Shown: piece after piece, positions 53,101-64,000 of the stretch | Numbering within the stretch: position 1 is the first letter of the stretch | Layout of the letters: every line of letters begins with the position of its first letter | From: Marsupella aquatica | Lineage: Eukaryota > Plantae > Marchantiophyta | DNA length: 64,000 nucleotides | NCBI GenBank assembly: GCA_973895155.1 | Contig: OZ316893.1 | Span: 11,041,660-11,105,659, forward strand | Reading direction: 5' to 3' | Program-made: the position numbers and the translations under genes | The notes under the pieces: model-generated | Databases searched by the model: none | What the model saw: only the letters and a program-made list of their open reading frames with translations | Told to the model about the DNA's origin: nothing

Positions 53101-56100
53101 TTGCATTCAGAGTGCAAAGTAAATAGAAGCCATGCGAGACTTGAGCAGGAGTAAACTACCGGAAAATTAGGAGCTGTAAAAAGCGAGGTGATGAAGTACA
53201 GAAGGTTCCTGCCAGTCACAAACCAGAGATAGGCTAATCGTTTCCGACACATGAGAGTAACATTTTTTCAGCACTTGTCGTAAAAAGGAAACCACAAACA
53301 TTCTCGCAACCCCACCTAACCTCCAATTCATTCCAAAGTGGATGACTCAGATGATTTCACGTCTAGAGATACCCACTTGGTACAAAACGGCTACTAAAAG
53401 GTACTTGGCCCAAGATGGCTAAACCTATGTAAATGAAGCTAGTTAAGTTAAATGCAAGGAGAAAGAACACACAACTCGATTAGATGTATACATTTACTAC
53501 TTGTTGCTAATCGAGATGTGCAGTCACAAATCCTGGTCCTCGTAGGCAGGTAACTTCTTCACAGGACATTATAAATTCTAGAATCTAGATCTTACCCAGA
53601 CGGTGATTCTGAAAATCGATGCAAGTCCCAAAAGTCTTGCGGAATACTGCCCGGTGGGATCAAGCTCTGCCAAAGTTGACTAAAAAAGTTATGTTCCAGC
53701 AGTTGTAACCATCCAAGCGAGCAGAGAGGAGGTGAAACACAAGACAGGCTTTTTAGAAAATCTTCTAGGATTGCCACGGATTGAATTAATGAGTGTAAGA
53801 GAAAACTTACTTGGGCTGTAAGCGTCCCCAACAGACGAAAGGTCTCCTCCACCTGCAACAAAACCTATACCGTCACATCCTTCAATTTTTTCATTTGTGG
53901 CACGAAATGTTTTCATCCTTTTAATCTTTTGATCATTGGCGCTGAAGAATCCCAAAAGTAGGGTAAAAGTCACGCTAACTGCACGACGTGCATAGTGTAG
54001 TTAATTTAGAACTGCACAACTTGTTTTAATCAAACCAACTTTCTCACTGCATTGCATGAGATAGTTCCAGGCATCAAACTTAAGACGATGTACTAAGTTT
54101 CATTTTTCCTAAGTCACAGTCTTGAAAAACCGTTGTCCACTAAGACAAAGAAGGGCCCGTAGACTCAAGATAAGGAAAGTAAACGAGGCTGAGCTTGTAT
54201 ATTGGAATTGGTGTCTCACCATCACTTGGACATTACCCAACAAGGGCAACCAATGCAACATTGCATTCCACAGTGACTTCCATATGCTCTCACCCTTCGT
54301 GATCTGCAAAAGTAAACGAACTTTAAAAAACGAAGCCTTGAGTGCACTTTAATGTACAACAAGTCAATTTTTTGGATAAAAATGATAGTCGGCAAATTAG
54401 GACCTGCCTAAAATCAACTGACAGAAGCGACCTCGAAGTCTCAAATCGCCACGACATCAGTTTTAAAATCATCCCATAAATCTCAATCAACCGTCATGGA
54501 GGGTTATTTCCTACTCACTTGAGGAAAAGACAGTCCGCTACCTCCCGTTTCAACAATCTGCAAAGTTTCTCCCCATAGAATGGCTAACTCTTGCACAGAT
54601 CTACTCAACAAGACACAAGGCATCGATATTAGCTGCATCACAAACTCTTCCCCACAAGCTTGAGGCGTCGTGAATTTCATTACGCCGTTGCATGTACACC
54701 TAAAAATATCCATGTGTTAAAGGACGGGCCAAAATTGTGATGAACGGACCTTAAAGTCCAGATGGGACCTTCAAAATTACGACTGTTCACACCTTCAAGG
54801 ATAATTCTGCAAAATCATGATTAAGAAGGTCAGCCTAGAAGGAGAACAACTAAATGGAGGTTGCTATAACCTTTCACTGACAGTACAATCCTGGAAAATT
54901 AAAGTTTCATCGAATAGAGAAACATTTTGATCTTTGGAATAATGCTCTTATTAATATCCTGCTGTACCTATCCAGACTTGCAGCAAGTCCCTCAAGCCAA
55001 TCGAGTATGACAGATATGGGGATCTTGGAACCAAATCTTCGAATCAAGAGACAGAAGGCTCCACCCCTGCAAAAGTGTGACAAGATCACTCATCAGAAAT
55101 AACCGACATTACGTCACGTCGTTGTTGCCCTTGAATGTGATAACCTACTAATCGTTCCGCTGTTTTAAGGCCGTGCAAACAAAGTGCAGGATATGTCATT
55201 CTGCTAAGGATGCATTTATCTTCCGTTGACATTAAAGACAAGACTTGACTACCGAAGCATCAGTCCCGTTTTTAACGAATTGATCGAGAAATCAGAATTT
55301 TAGACACGTTTTAGTGGAAACAATGCAGGACAGTTTCGCTATTCCTGTCCATTCCTTGTGTCCTAGGAAAGGTCCAACGAACCGACAACCAAATATTACG
55401 TGAGAGATGTTCCTCATGGAAGTGTGAAAACATCATACAAATAGTCTCATGAGGATGTGACTTTCAATTCTAAATTTTATTTAAAATGTTGATCCGTTGG
55501 CTCCTTTGGATTAAGTTTGAGTCATTCACTCTGTTTGGCTGGCCGGGTGCCTCTTTGTACTCTGTCCAATATCTCTTTGTGTGGGAATCCCACTAATTGC
55601 ATACTATAATTTCAACAATTTGCCTTCTCCTTTGGGTAGAATATGACGCACCAACATGAAGAACTGGACCCACTTTCACGGAGTCAAGACACGTGACCTA
55701 CCACATATACTTTCCTTCCATAAGACGCTCCTTGATGACTACAGTTACATCCGCCTTTTTCCTTCGCTTACTGACATTTGACGGCCTGATCCTTAAACAC
55801 TTACTGGCCTGCAGGAAGATTTCTCAGTTATAAATGTCAATTTGGCATCTCACTTTGCAATAAAACACACTGGTCTCAAAACACGAAAGAATCAGTACAA
55901 TCGACGATAATTAGATCTATTCACACACCAGCGACCAATTGATCGAACTCTTCATGGACACTTTAGTCAACTGCAACATCAGAAAGAAAGCCAAAAGCTC
56001 TTCTCCCATGAAATCGATGGACTCCATCTGACCTCAAAAAGAACCACTGCAGCAAGCTCAAAAAATGAACGAATAGCCTTTGTTACGAAGCCTGCTTTGT

Positions 56101-59100
56101 CCTCTCGTCCAGCATCCAACCTGATATGCAGAAAAACCTTCACTTTAGTGGAAGATAAAGTCAACGATGTACAAGTAGAACACAATACTAAGATATCACC
56201 TTCAACCACATCGTACATCCAGTGAAGTCCGTAGCAGCATACTTCGTACAAATCACGAGATGTAGCAACCAAGACCCTCGCCAAATTATGAATTTGCCTA
56301 AAATCATCTGGGCTTGGTCAGAACTAACTCATGTCAGAGGATAGGCTTTATCTGTCTACAGCAAAAATTCAGTAATTTGTTGTGTTGTACTGACCCTTTC
56401 AACTTTTATAACCCTACTAGTGATGCACAGAAAAATGATGTATTGGTCCACTTCCTACTGGAAAAGGTCAAGACGTGGACAAGCAAATAAAATTTCCAGC
56501 AACTCGACTTCTCAACACAACTGTTGGGAGTTGTGATCATTGCAAAATCCAATTCAAATCCTTTATGCCTAATTGAGAACTGATCAGTGATATCTTATCC
56601 AGAGTACATAAGCATCCTCACCTATAAAGGCCGGCCATGGATACTCCAGTTTGATCAAGGTCTTTCTCTACCAGGTCGAGTAGAGTGCATATTTCTTCGG
56701 AACCATCCCGCAAAAGAATATATCCAAGGTTCAGCTGGGCTCTAACATAAAGAACTAAACCATCCTGAAGTCCGAAATGCGACAATGTGGGATCAGTAAC
56801 CGGTAAATACGATTATATGTTGAAACAAAGACAAAAGTAAGTTTCATAAAGTACCTTTAATTCTCTATCACGGGTAGTCGGCCACAAACGAACCAGGAAT
56901 GGCCTCAGACTACTATGAATTTCTCCAGCAGTATCACCAATGTTCAGTCCATTTCCAATGATGAATGTATTTAGTGCCGCCAAGAGCTTCTTTGCAATTC
57001 GACCCTCGTCTCTGATACGAGAATGTTAAAGTGAGCGAGCAATCAAAACGTTTTGGAGACTCAACAACTACACGGTTGAGTTCAGTTCATACCATTTCGT
57101 GTAAAACATCTAACCAGTAATGAAAACACTAACAGCATTGTTTAAAAGAAGATCTTGATTAAAATATAATTAAGTAAAAGAAAAGCATCCTACACAACGA
57201 GTACCTCGATAATAGGTATGCTTCTTGCTGGACACAGAACTGGCGCTGTCTAGACTTACCTTCACATGTGGCGTTGGTCTAAGAAAACAGGAACTTACTT
57301 ATCTCACGAGACAGGCCTTCCGTCCTTCCAAGGAAAGATTCATTCAAAGCAGGAAGACAGTTTACCGTAGTTTCGCAAAGATCTCTACAAAATCCTGAGT
57401 GACATCCCTCAACAAAACCTCTGGCAAATCTCCTGGGGGGTACTGTAGGACACACAGCAACGTTGAAATGTTGCGAAACACCTCCTCCCTTGTTGATGAC
57501 GCCTCCACGGTTATGTTGTGTGTACTATCTTTAGCTTTATCCAGATAAAAGTGAAGAAGATCTGCACACTAGGATTGGCTCTTAGCGACCACGACTAAAC
57601 ATCAAAAACCGGACCAAGGCACGCCAAGAAAAATGAATTCACAGAAACACGAGTTGCAGCTCTTATACAGTTCTATTTTTACTGTCCACCTGCAGTTTTC
57701 AATCCAATGAACGCCTGGGTTGAATTCGGGGTGAAATGCAATGTTTATAACAGTATCTACCAAAAAGGGCATACCAGCATATATCTTCTTGCTCATGCGG
57801 GTGCGGTAATCAAGTACAGGAAGGAGCTGACACAGCACATTGTTGTAATCCGGCACAAAATTCGGGACTCGGCCCAAGATATGCACCATATGCTGAAAGA
57901 GTTTCTTCACTTTTCGCAGTAGGTTCAGACTTTGGCCTACAAAGGAACAAAAGCTGTCACTTAATTTGTCTGCACGTCAACCCAGGCGAATTTAAACTAA
58001 ATGGACCGAAAGGAATGGACACACCAGACAAAGAGACTACAATTTTATGTACAATGTTAAATTTTGACTTGACAGTACGAAAATGTCAAGGTATGCCAAT
58101 GATACACATCATCTTTCATTGAACGCGAAAGTCCTAACCTGCACGACTGCAATCATCGGCCTTCAAAATGAAACTTCGAAGAGCCTTGGCGAGCACAAGT
58201 TTTGGTAATTTCTTCTTGCTGGCCGCAACCTCATTTTCGATGCAAACACATAATGCATGCAATACACCTGGCCATGATGCAGCTGCAGGAAATCACCCAT
58301 AGTCAGTTGCTCTCGGCAGTATGTTACACTGTTTTACTATCAATCTTGAAAAGTCGAAGAGGCTGAACCATTTATCCGAAGCAAAAACCAACAGGAGGAT
58401 CGAATTTTCAACGCCAAGAGCGATAAAATAGAATATGATTACACTGGTAGGTGCTCATGTACACCACAACCTTGACAAAGTAAAGAGGATCGTAAGCTTC
58501 ATAGAGGCACCACAACAAAACTTCAAATCCTCAAATATTATGAGGTTAGGGAGAATAGTTGCGTAAACGACATCCATAAACCCGCCCGTGGTGGAATATG
58601 TCAGAGAGGTTCAATTACAAGCCATGAAGGCCAGATGACGTAGACGTCAACAGTCGACCAGAGATATTTACTTCCAAAGCGGTATCTGTAGCAGATTATA
58701 CGTCATAATAAGCTACCAATGAGAGGTTTATGGTTCGAATGCTGGTCTGCTAAAGGTCTGGACGTGCTGTTTCGAACGGAGGAAATTGTCGCAACCGAGC
58801 AGCAAAATTGTGATCCAGTTCCATTACATCTCATTATATTCCGACTATACGGTGGCATTTCGCAGGTGGTACATTCGACGCTTTGTAGTCTGTTCCGGTA
58901 GTAAACACCTTACGAGTATATGGCTTGTCAGTCGGACCTGTTAATCCGAATGGGCAAAAGACGTCGGGGATCGCTCACCCGAGATCCAAGTCTAAACCCT
59001 GGCTAAACCGCAGAAAATGACGAACAACGTCCACCAACATTACGGAATGGAATTATTGATCTTCTTCTGTAAGTTTATGCCCTTTCAAAACTCCATATCA

Positions 59101-59982
59101 CATACCGGACAGTCTCCGCAGCTATTCACTCTACACACCTCACTTCTACGCAGGGATAATTGACCCGAATGAGAGGGTTAAACCGTGCCAGAAATGACTA
59201 CTGGGATTCTTCACATGGAATTGGTGCATTAGAAAAAACTCTCGGTCTCTTCATATCTCAGTGACCGAGATACAAATGCCTTGACGAGTTTGGTTAGCAT
59301 CTTCTACCTGAATTAATAGAGATGGCATGACGCGCCTGTGCGGCGCAATCAGGAGAATCAGCATCGGTCGAGAAAAGACTCCTGGACAGTGGAAACGTGA
59401 GGATTCAAGTAGACACTTACAGCGGATAAGGCTTTGATCGAGGGACGCAGTTTCCCGGTCAAGCAATGTCCACAAGCTTACATCCCCGGTAGAATTCAGG
59501 TAGCCTTGCAAGGTCTTCAATCCTTCCTGCATTGCATTGTCGTTCTATGAACCATCGAGTGCTAGAATTGGCACAATAATAACTTCATACACAGCATTCA
59601 CTATCTAGAATTGAAGGAATTCTGCCCGATTGCGATTAAATCACTGCATGATGCACGTCATTCACTACGTAACGATTCCATCCCCAATGCCACTACATTG
59701 TCCGGACACATTCATACGAACAAACATCAAGGTTAAGAAATATAATCATGACTCAATTTCTTCAATTGCCAAATCCAAAGTGGCGGGAGTGGAAGAAATG
59801 AGGCGCGCCTAGACTTATTGATAGAATTTCACAGCAGTGACGGACAGAGAAGAGAGGCAGAAATGAAGAAATTCTTTGGAAACAAGATGAATGCATCCGA
59901 TTCCGACCTCACGGATTTTCGCTCTGTCCGACACGAGCTTGCCATTCAGCTCCTCCACGTCGACGACCGTAACGACAATCAT
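29148..59982 (-). CDS. ATM: Serine/threonine-protein kinase ATM (PIKK family), ~80 exons
   Basis: Exon 1 (59982-59908, [25 protein letters not shown]) and exon 2 ([10 protein letters not shown]) match the TAN-type N-terminus. FAT-region peptides include [32 protein letters not shown] and [10 protein letters not shown]. Kinase peptides include [49 protein letters not shown] (30544-30675) and PFRLTRD. The FATC last exon 29225-29148 reads [25 protein letters not shown]. All ~80 exons I traced have GT-AG borders and no obligatory stop, but internal exon edges were not all verified to the base. Confidence 0.97.
34396..34443. repeat. 16-bp perfect tandem repeat x3 in an ATM intron
   Basis: ACTGTAGCTTCATCCT occurs three times. 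Confidence 0.95.
48608..48770. repeat. 54-bp tandem repeat x3 in an ATM intron
   Basis: ATGATTTAwACTAGTAGAwTTCTTCAGAAyAAyATmCAAGGACCATCTCTTGTA starts at 48608, 48662 and 48716. Confidence 0.95.
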
Positions 59983-60115
59983 TGCGGACCAATTGCGGAC
60001 CAGGCAGAGCCTCGTCACCCAACCATCAGCTCCATCTAGAATCGCCAATCCAACTGAAGTAACTTCGAAAACGATGGAGCGATAATTGACTAAAACACTC
60101 TGCGGGACGGGGAAA

Positions 60116-60440
60116 CGAACGATGAAGACTACTAGTGAGGATTTCTTTCATAGGAGAGCGGGCGAGCTGGAATTCTCCTGCAGAACAGAGAAATCGAAAA
60201 TGAACTATGAAGACTACTAGGGAGGATTGATTTGCTAGGAAGGCGGGACGTGAGTATCGATGCACGGCCCGAAGTGGTACATCTCCTGCAGAACAGAGAG
60301 ATCGAAAATGAACAATGAAGACTCCTAGTGAGGATTACGTTGGAAGGAAGGCGGGATGTGAGTATCGATGCCCAATCCGAGCTGGACCTTCAACTGCAGT
60401 CTGCACTGTGCACTCTGCAGAACAGAGAGAGACCGAAGTG
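60116..60440. repeat. 108-bp duplication with partial extra copies in the ATM 5' UTR/promoter
   Basis: TCTCCTGCAGAACAGAGA.ATCGAAAATGAAC.ATGAAGACT.CTAG.GAGGATT...GGAAGGCGGGA.GTGAGTATCGATGC at 60174-60263 and 60282-60371. Partial copies lie near 60116 and 60414. Confidence 0.9.
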
Positions 60441-60917
60441 ATGGTGTTCAGCCAAAAGCGTTTCGAATTGCGGCTGGGGCCGTACCGGAGGAAGGGACTG
60501 TACTGGTGGAGAAAGCATTAGTCGGCGCTTCACTTCGCCTCAGTCATTCGATCAAATCAGCGGTTCAGCATCAGTGACGGCATGCCGTGACCGCCTGACG
60601 CGAAACATTCGACTGTTCTTTGGGACTTTGGTCGCTTTCTCTTTCTCTTTCTCTGAGTAATGAACTGGTGGTGGCCTTACTAGACGTTGGGTACTTGGGT
60701 CCTTTGTGTTCTTTTAATATTCCTCTAAGGTTATATTTAGAAGGTGGCTCGTAATGGTTGAAAACGGCGCAGTTGGCATTGGGGCCTTTAAGGCAGGGTG
60801 TCTAAACCCATCCTATCCGGCAAGGGTGTGCCCAAGGAAATGGTGAGGAGTGCTTATTTTGTCTAAAATTTTACATTACATAACATGAAAAATGAAGCCA
60901 GGTCTCTTTGTTTGGAT

Positions 60918-61083
60918 AGCCATTTGGAGCGGAGCCATTCTGAGTAGAGCAGAGAAGGCAGAGTGGAGCAAGCAGAGCAGGAGGCAAATGGGCGGGGGTT
61001 TAGGGTTTAGTGGTAGTAGGGGGAGCCATTTGGAGTGGAGCCATTGGGAGTAGAGCAGAGAAGGCAGAGTGAAGCAAAGCAGT
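60918..61083. repeat. ~58-bp direct repeat pair
   Basis: AGCCATTTGGAGyGGAGCCATT..GAGTAGAGCAGAGAAGGCAGAGTGrAGCAA at ~60918 and ~61025. Confidence 0.85.
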
Positions 61084-62839
61084 AGGCAAAGGGACGGGAG
61101 TTGTAGGGGGACTCAATATTTAGGCCTTCTAAATTTCTATAACAACTAACCATCGGCTGATTCACTCAGACGGTGCACAGCAACGGATGGCCTGGGGCAG
61201 GGGTTTGCAATACTGAGATGCCCCGGGGCAGGCTGCATTCGGACTTTCAAGATTGTTGCGTGATACCCAAAATGACAAGGGATACAAGTGTCAAGAGTAC
61301 CATTATATCAATTTTGAAATTGGGTATACACGGTTACGGTCAATGGCTAAACACCGCAGCCTGGCCTTGACCACCCTCCCCATTGCCCATCACTTTCTAA
61401 GTCATGGTCATTCCAGTCACAACGTGGACGGCAGTATTTCACCACCAAACTTTGAGTCCCCCAAGTAGGCAGACCAGGAGTGTGCCCCATTGGGGCTTTT
61501 TGGCTCATTGGTCTTCCTGGGTTTTCAGCTTTAATGCGTCTCATGCCTTTGAGATCCTCTCTCTTGGTTTAGTTTTGCTACATGGGATGTATATGTAGGA
61601 GGTGATATAAACACTTCAAAGCAGTCAACTACCTACCACTTAGATTCGGCATCGTTGACGCCAACATTGAGTTCCTCTATGGTCTACACCCCCAGAACAG
61701 CCATCCAGTGGAAACTAAGTATGGGGAGACTTGTGGGCATCAAAACATTGAACTAGCAATGGCGATGCGCTGAGATGGTGATGCACACAAAGAACTTATA
61801 TAGAGTGGCATTGGGAGCCGGTCAGTTCTTGGGAAGGGCCAAGATCAGGGTGGAGTATCTAGACCCGCGGCCATACTTGGAACTCTAAGGGCTTGAGTGA
61901 GAGCTTATCTTGGGCCCAGGCCAAAGAAGTTTAGTTCGTGTAGACCATACGTTTGGCACATGATGAGATATGACACGGCTTGATTTAACTGTCCTCTAGG
62001 ACCCCTAACTAACAACGAGTTCTAAGGACCCAAGCATGAGCACCTCATCCACCTGATCACAATGGGCTAAGGCACTTCAACTACAGACGTCTAACTAAAA
62101 AGTTATGGACATAGCAAGTTAGCTTCACATCTAGTCAATCGAGTTGGACCCCAAGTAGAGGGCCAAAAATAGGGGACCAAAGTTGGTGGGAGGGGAAGAT
62201 CTCTAGAAGCATATATGAGATGAGTGGTGTCTCCTAGTGGGCCATGGGCGAGCCCAAGTCGTGAAGCGCAACGGTTGCGCTACTAGCTGAAGGGAAACGT
62301 CAAACAAAAACAACAACATATCATCAATGAGAAGTCCGTTCAAGGACTTCTTGGGTGTGATGGAAATCTCTCAAGTAAGGATACAACCTTCTGAGCTCAT
62401 CTAGCTAGGTTTGGGGGTCCCTTTGGTCATCACAATTTTTTGGGATTTGCTCCTGCCAAATAATAGCCAAGCCACGTTAAATTTTTCATAGGAGCTTGTA
62501 TTGGGGAGGCAATGCAAAGTAGACATGGGTGTTAAGGTCCAAGTGTGTTTTGCCCTTGGACTCTTGGTTGAGTCAGAGCCATGGAATTGGTTGCTAGAGT
62601 CGGGGCCAAACTAGTCCCAACGTTTGGGACACGGGATGTAATTAAGCTGCAAGTAGTGGTTGCGAGTGCGGGTTGGCAACCACATCATAGGAGCTACAAA
62701 TCAGGGGAGTATGATGCGAAGGCTTAGAAGCCCTTAAGTTGTGGTCGAATGGAGCCATTGACTATGGGTACGTTCCAGTGCGCAGCAGAACACAAATGAT
62801 ACCTAAGAGCACTTATGTAAATAAAAACAGATAGCATGT

Positions 62840-63603
62840 TGTCATGAGGACTAGAAGTTAGAGGCTCCTTGGGTAAACTGTGTGTTTCTGGCTGCTACTG
62901 GGACAAGCGACAAGCACTTTTCGGAGTGAACTCTCACTCCTTTATTTTCTTTTACTTTTCTCTCAATGGTTACAATGGGTTCCCTTGAGTAAGCTTGCTC
63001 GCAAGAGTCTGGTAGCTGGCCCTACGGCAGGCCGCTACCTCTAACTTGTCAAGCTCAACTCTTCAAGTGGCTATCTACTCAAAATTTGACGGAAAAACTC
63101 TCCTCCTTAGCTCACAAACTCCAAAACTGACTAGCTACTTGACTAGTCCTAACCTAGCTTACAAGAAACTCGGGCCTGGACCAACGAGACTCCAAGCTCG
63201 AAAACCAACACCGGATCCAAAACTTGCAATGGAACACCAAAATTGCCGCACAACAGCCGAATTCTGCAGAAGGCAGCGGAACTCACAAAACAGAACATAA
63301 CATAACTCAATAGCCAACAGAGAACCCCAATGCGCCAAAGCCCAAGGCTTAAATAGCTTCCAAAACCGACCTTCCAGCCTGAGCCAGCTGCCATCAACGA
63401 GGCTCATCCAAACTCCAAGTCTGGTGAGTCACCCAAACATCAAACCTGGTAACGACGAGTCACCCAAACATCAAACTTCATCCCCATCCAACCAAGCAAC
63501 CTTTTTGAGTTAGCATGCCCGCAACTGATCAACGACGCCTCACCCATCAGCCCCTATAAAAGCCATTATCGAGCCAAAATGTTTCGGCACGACATCCTCC
63601 CCC
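62840..63603 (-). mobile_element. 3' LTR (63594-62840) and polypurine tract of a Ty3/Gypsy retrotransposon
   Basis: On the minus strand the PPT GGGGGAGGA (63603-63595) directly precedes TGTCGTG. The matching inverted terminus TGTCATG is at 62840 on the + strand. This lies just downstream of the integrase C-terminus. The distal LTR end is less certain. Confidence 0.78.
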
Positions 63604-63640
63604 AATAGGATTGGAGCAGCCTCCGGTCTGCTCCAATCCA

Positions 63641-64000
63641 TCAGATTTCCTCTAAGTCTGAGTCTAAACTCGAGCCATGCATCTGGACCAGTTCCTCCTC
63701 TTCAAACTCACTCAAGTCAGAACTTGAGTCCATTCCCTTCTTGGTCCTCCTCTTGAAGATCTTCACCCTTTTCCCTACGTAAGGTACTTGGTGAACCGTT
63801 CCATCCAGCTCTCGAATAGTGTAGGTTGCATTCGCATGAACAGCAACCACCACATAGTTACGAACCTTGCCACCTCCGAGAAAACTTGTTTCGGCTCAAG
63901 TGTTGCTCATCCAACTTACTCTCGTAAACCAGAACCCAACCACCTTCCTTAACCAAGACAGGCCTCAATCGATGAGTCCTGTCAAACCTGGTCTTGTTCC
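63641..64000 (-). pseudogene. Disrupted C-terminus of Gypsy pol/integrase (GPY/F region), runs off the window
   Basis: NKTRFDRTHRLRPVLVKEGGWVLVYESKLDEQHLSRNKFSRRWQGS, then a TAAC stop with frameshift, then YVVVAVHANATYTIRELDGTVHQVPYVGKRVKIFKRR and an acidic tail. No chromodomain is seen. Confidence 0.85.

Noticed and set aside
60995-61010. Telomere-like GGGTTTAGGGTTTAG
   Set aside because: Only two units, consistent with an ordinary telo-box or TE-embedded motif, not an interstitial telomere or telomerase RNA template.

Overview
This is eukaryotic land-plant nuclear DNA. A non-seed plant such as a bryophyte is a tentative inference from protein divergence and TE types. I traced three protein-coding genes by hand. 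The first is a 19-exon SAMHD1/VENOSA4-type HD-domain dNTP triphosphohydrolase (+, 3765-10494). The second is an intronless cytochrome b561-domain gene (+, ~23935-24711). The third is an apparently intact ATM kinase gene of about 80 exons (-, 29148-59982). A tRNA-Arg(CCT) lies at 11062-11134. TE-derived islands include two solo LTRs each with its own TSD, MITE-like elements, an LTR remnant, and the 3' end of a frameshifted Gypsy element, along with several minisatellites. The most notable unexplained structure is a ~890-nt imperfect fold-back at 17913-18800. It is built from 16-21-bp near-perfect blocks whose deviations are mostly G:U pairs on the + strand. It is followed by a further ~460 nt of locally paired sequence, and is a candidate long-hairpin or multi-miRNA precursor locus. 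All alignments were made by eye and no database searches were run.
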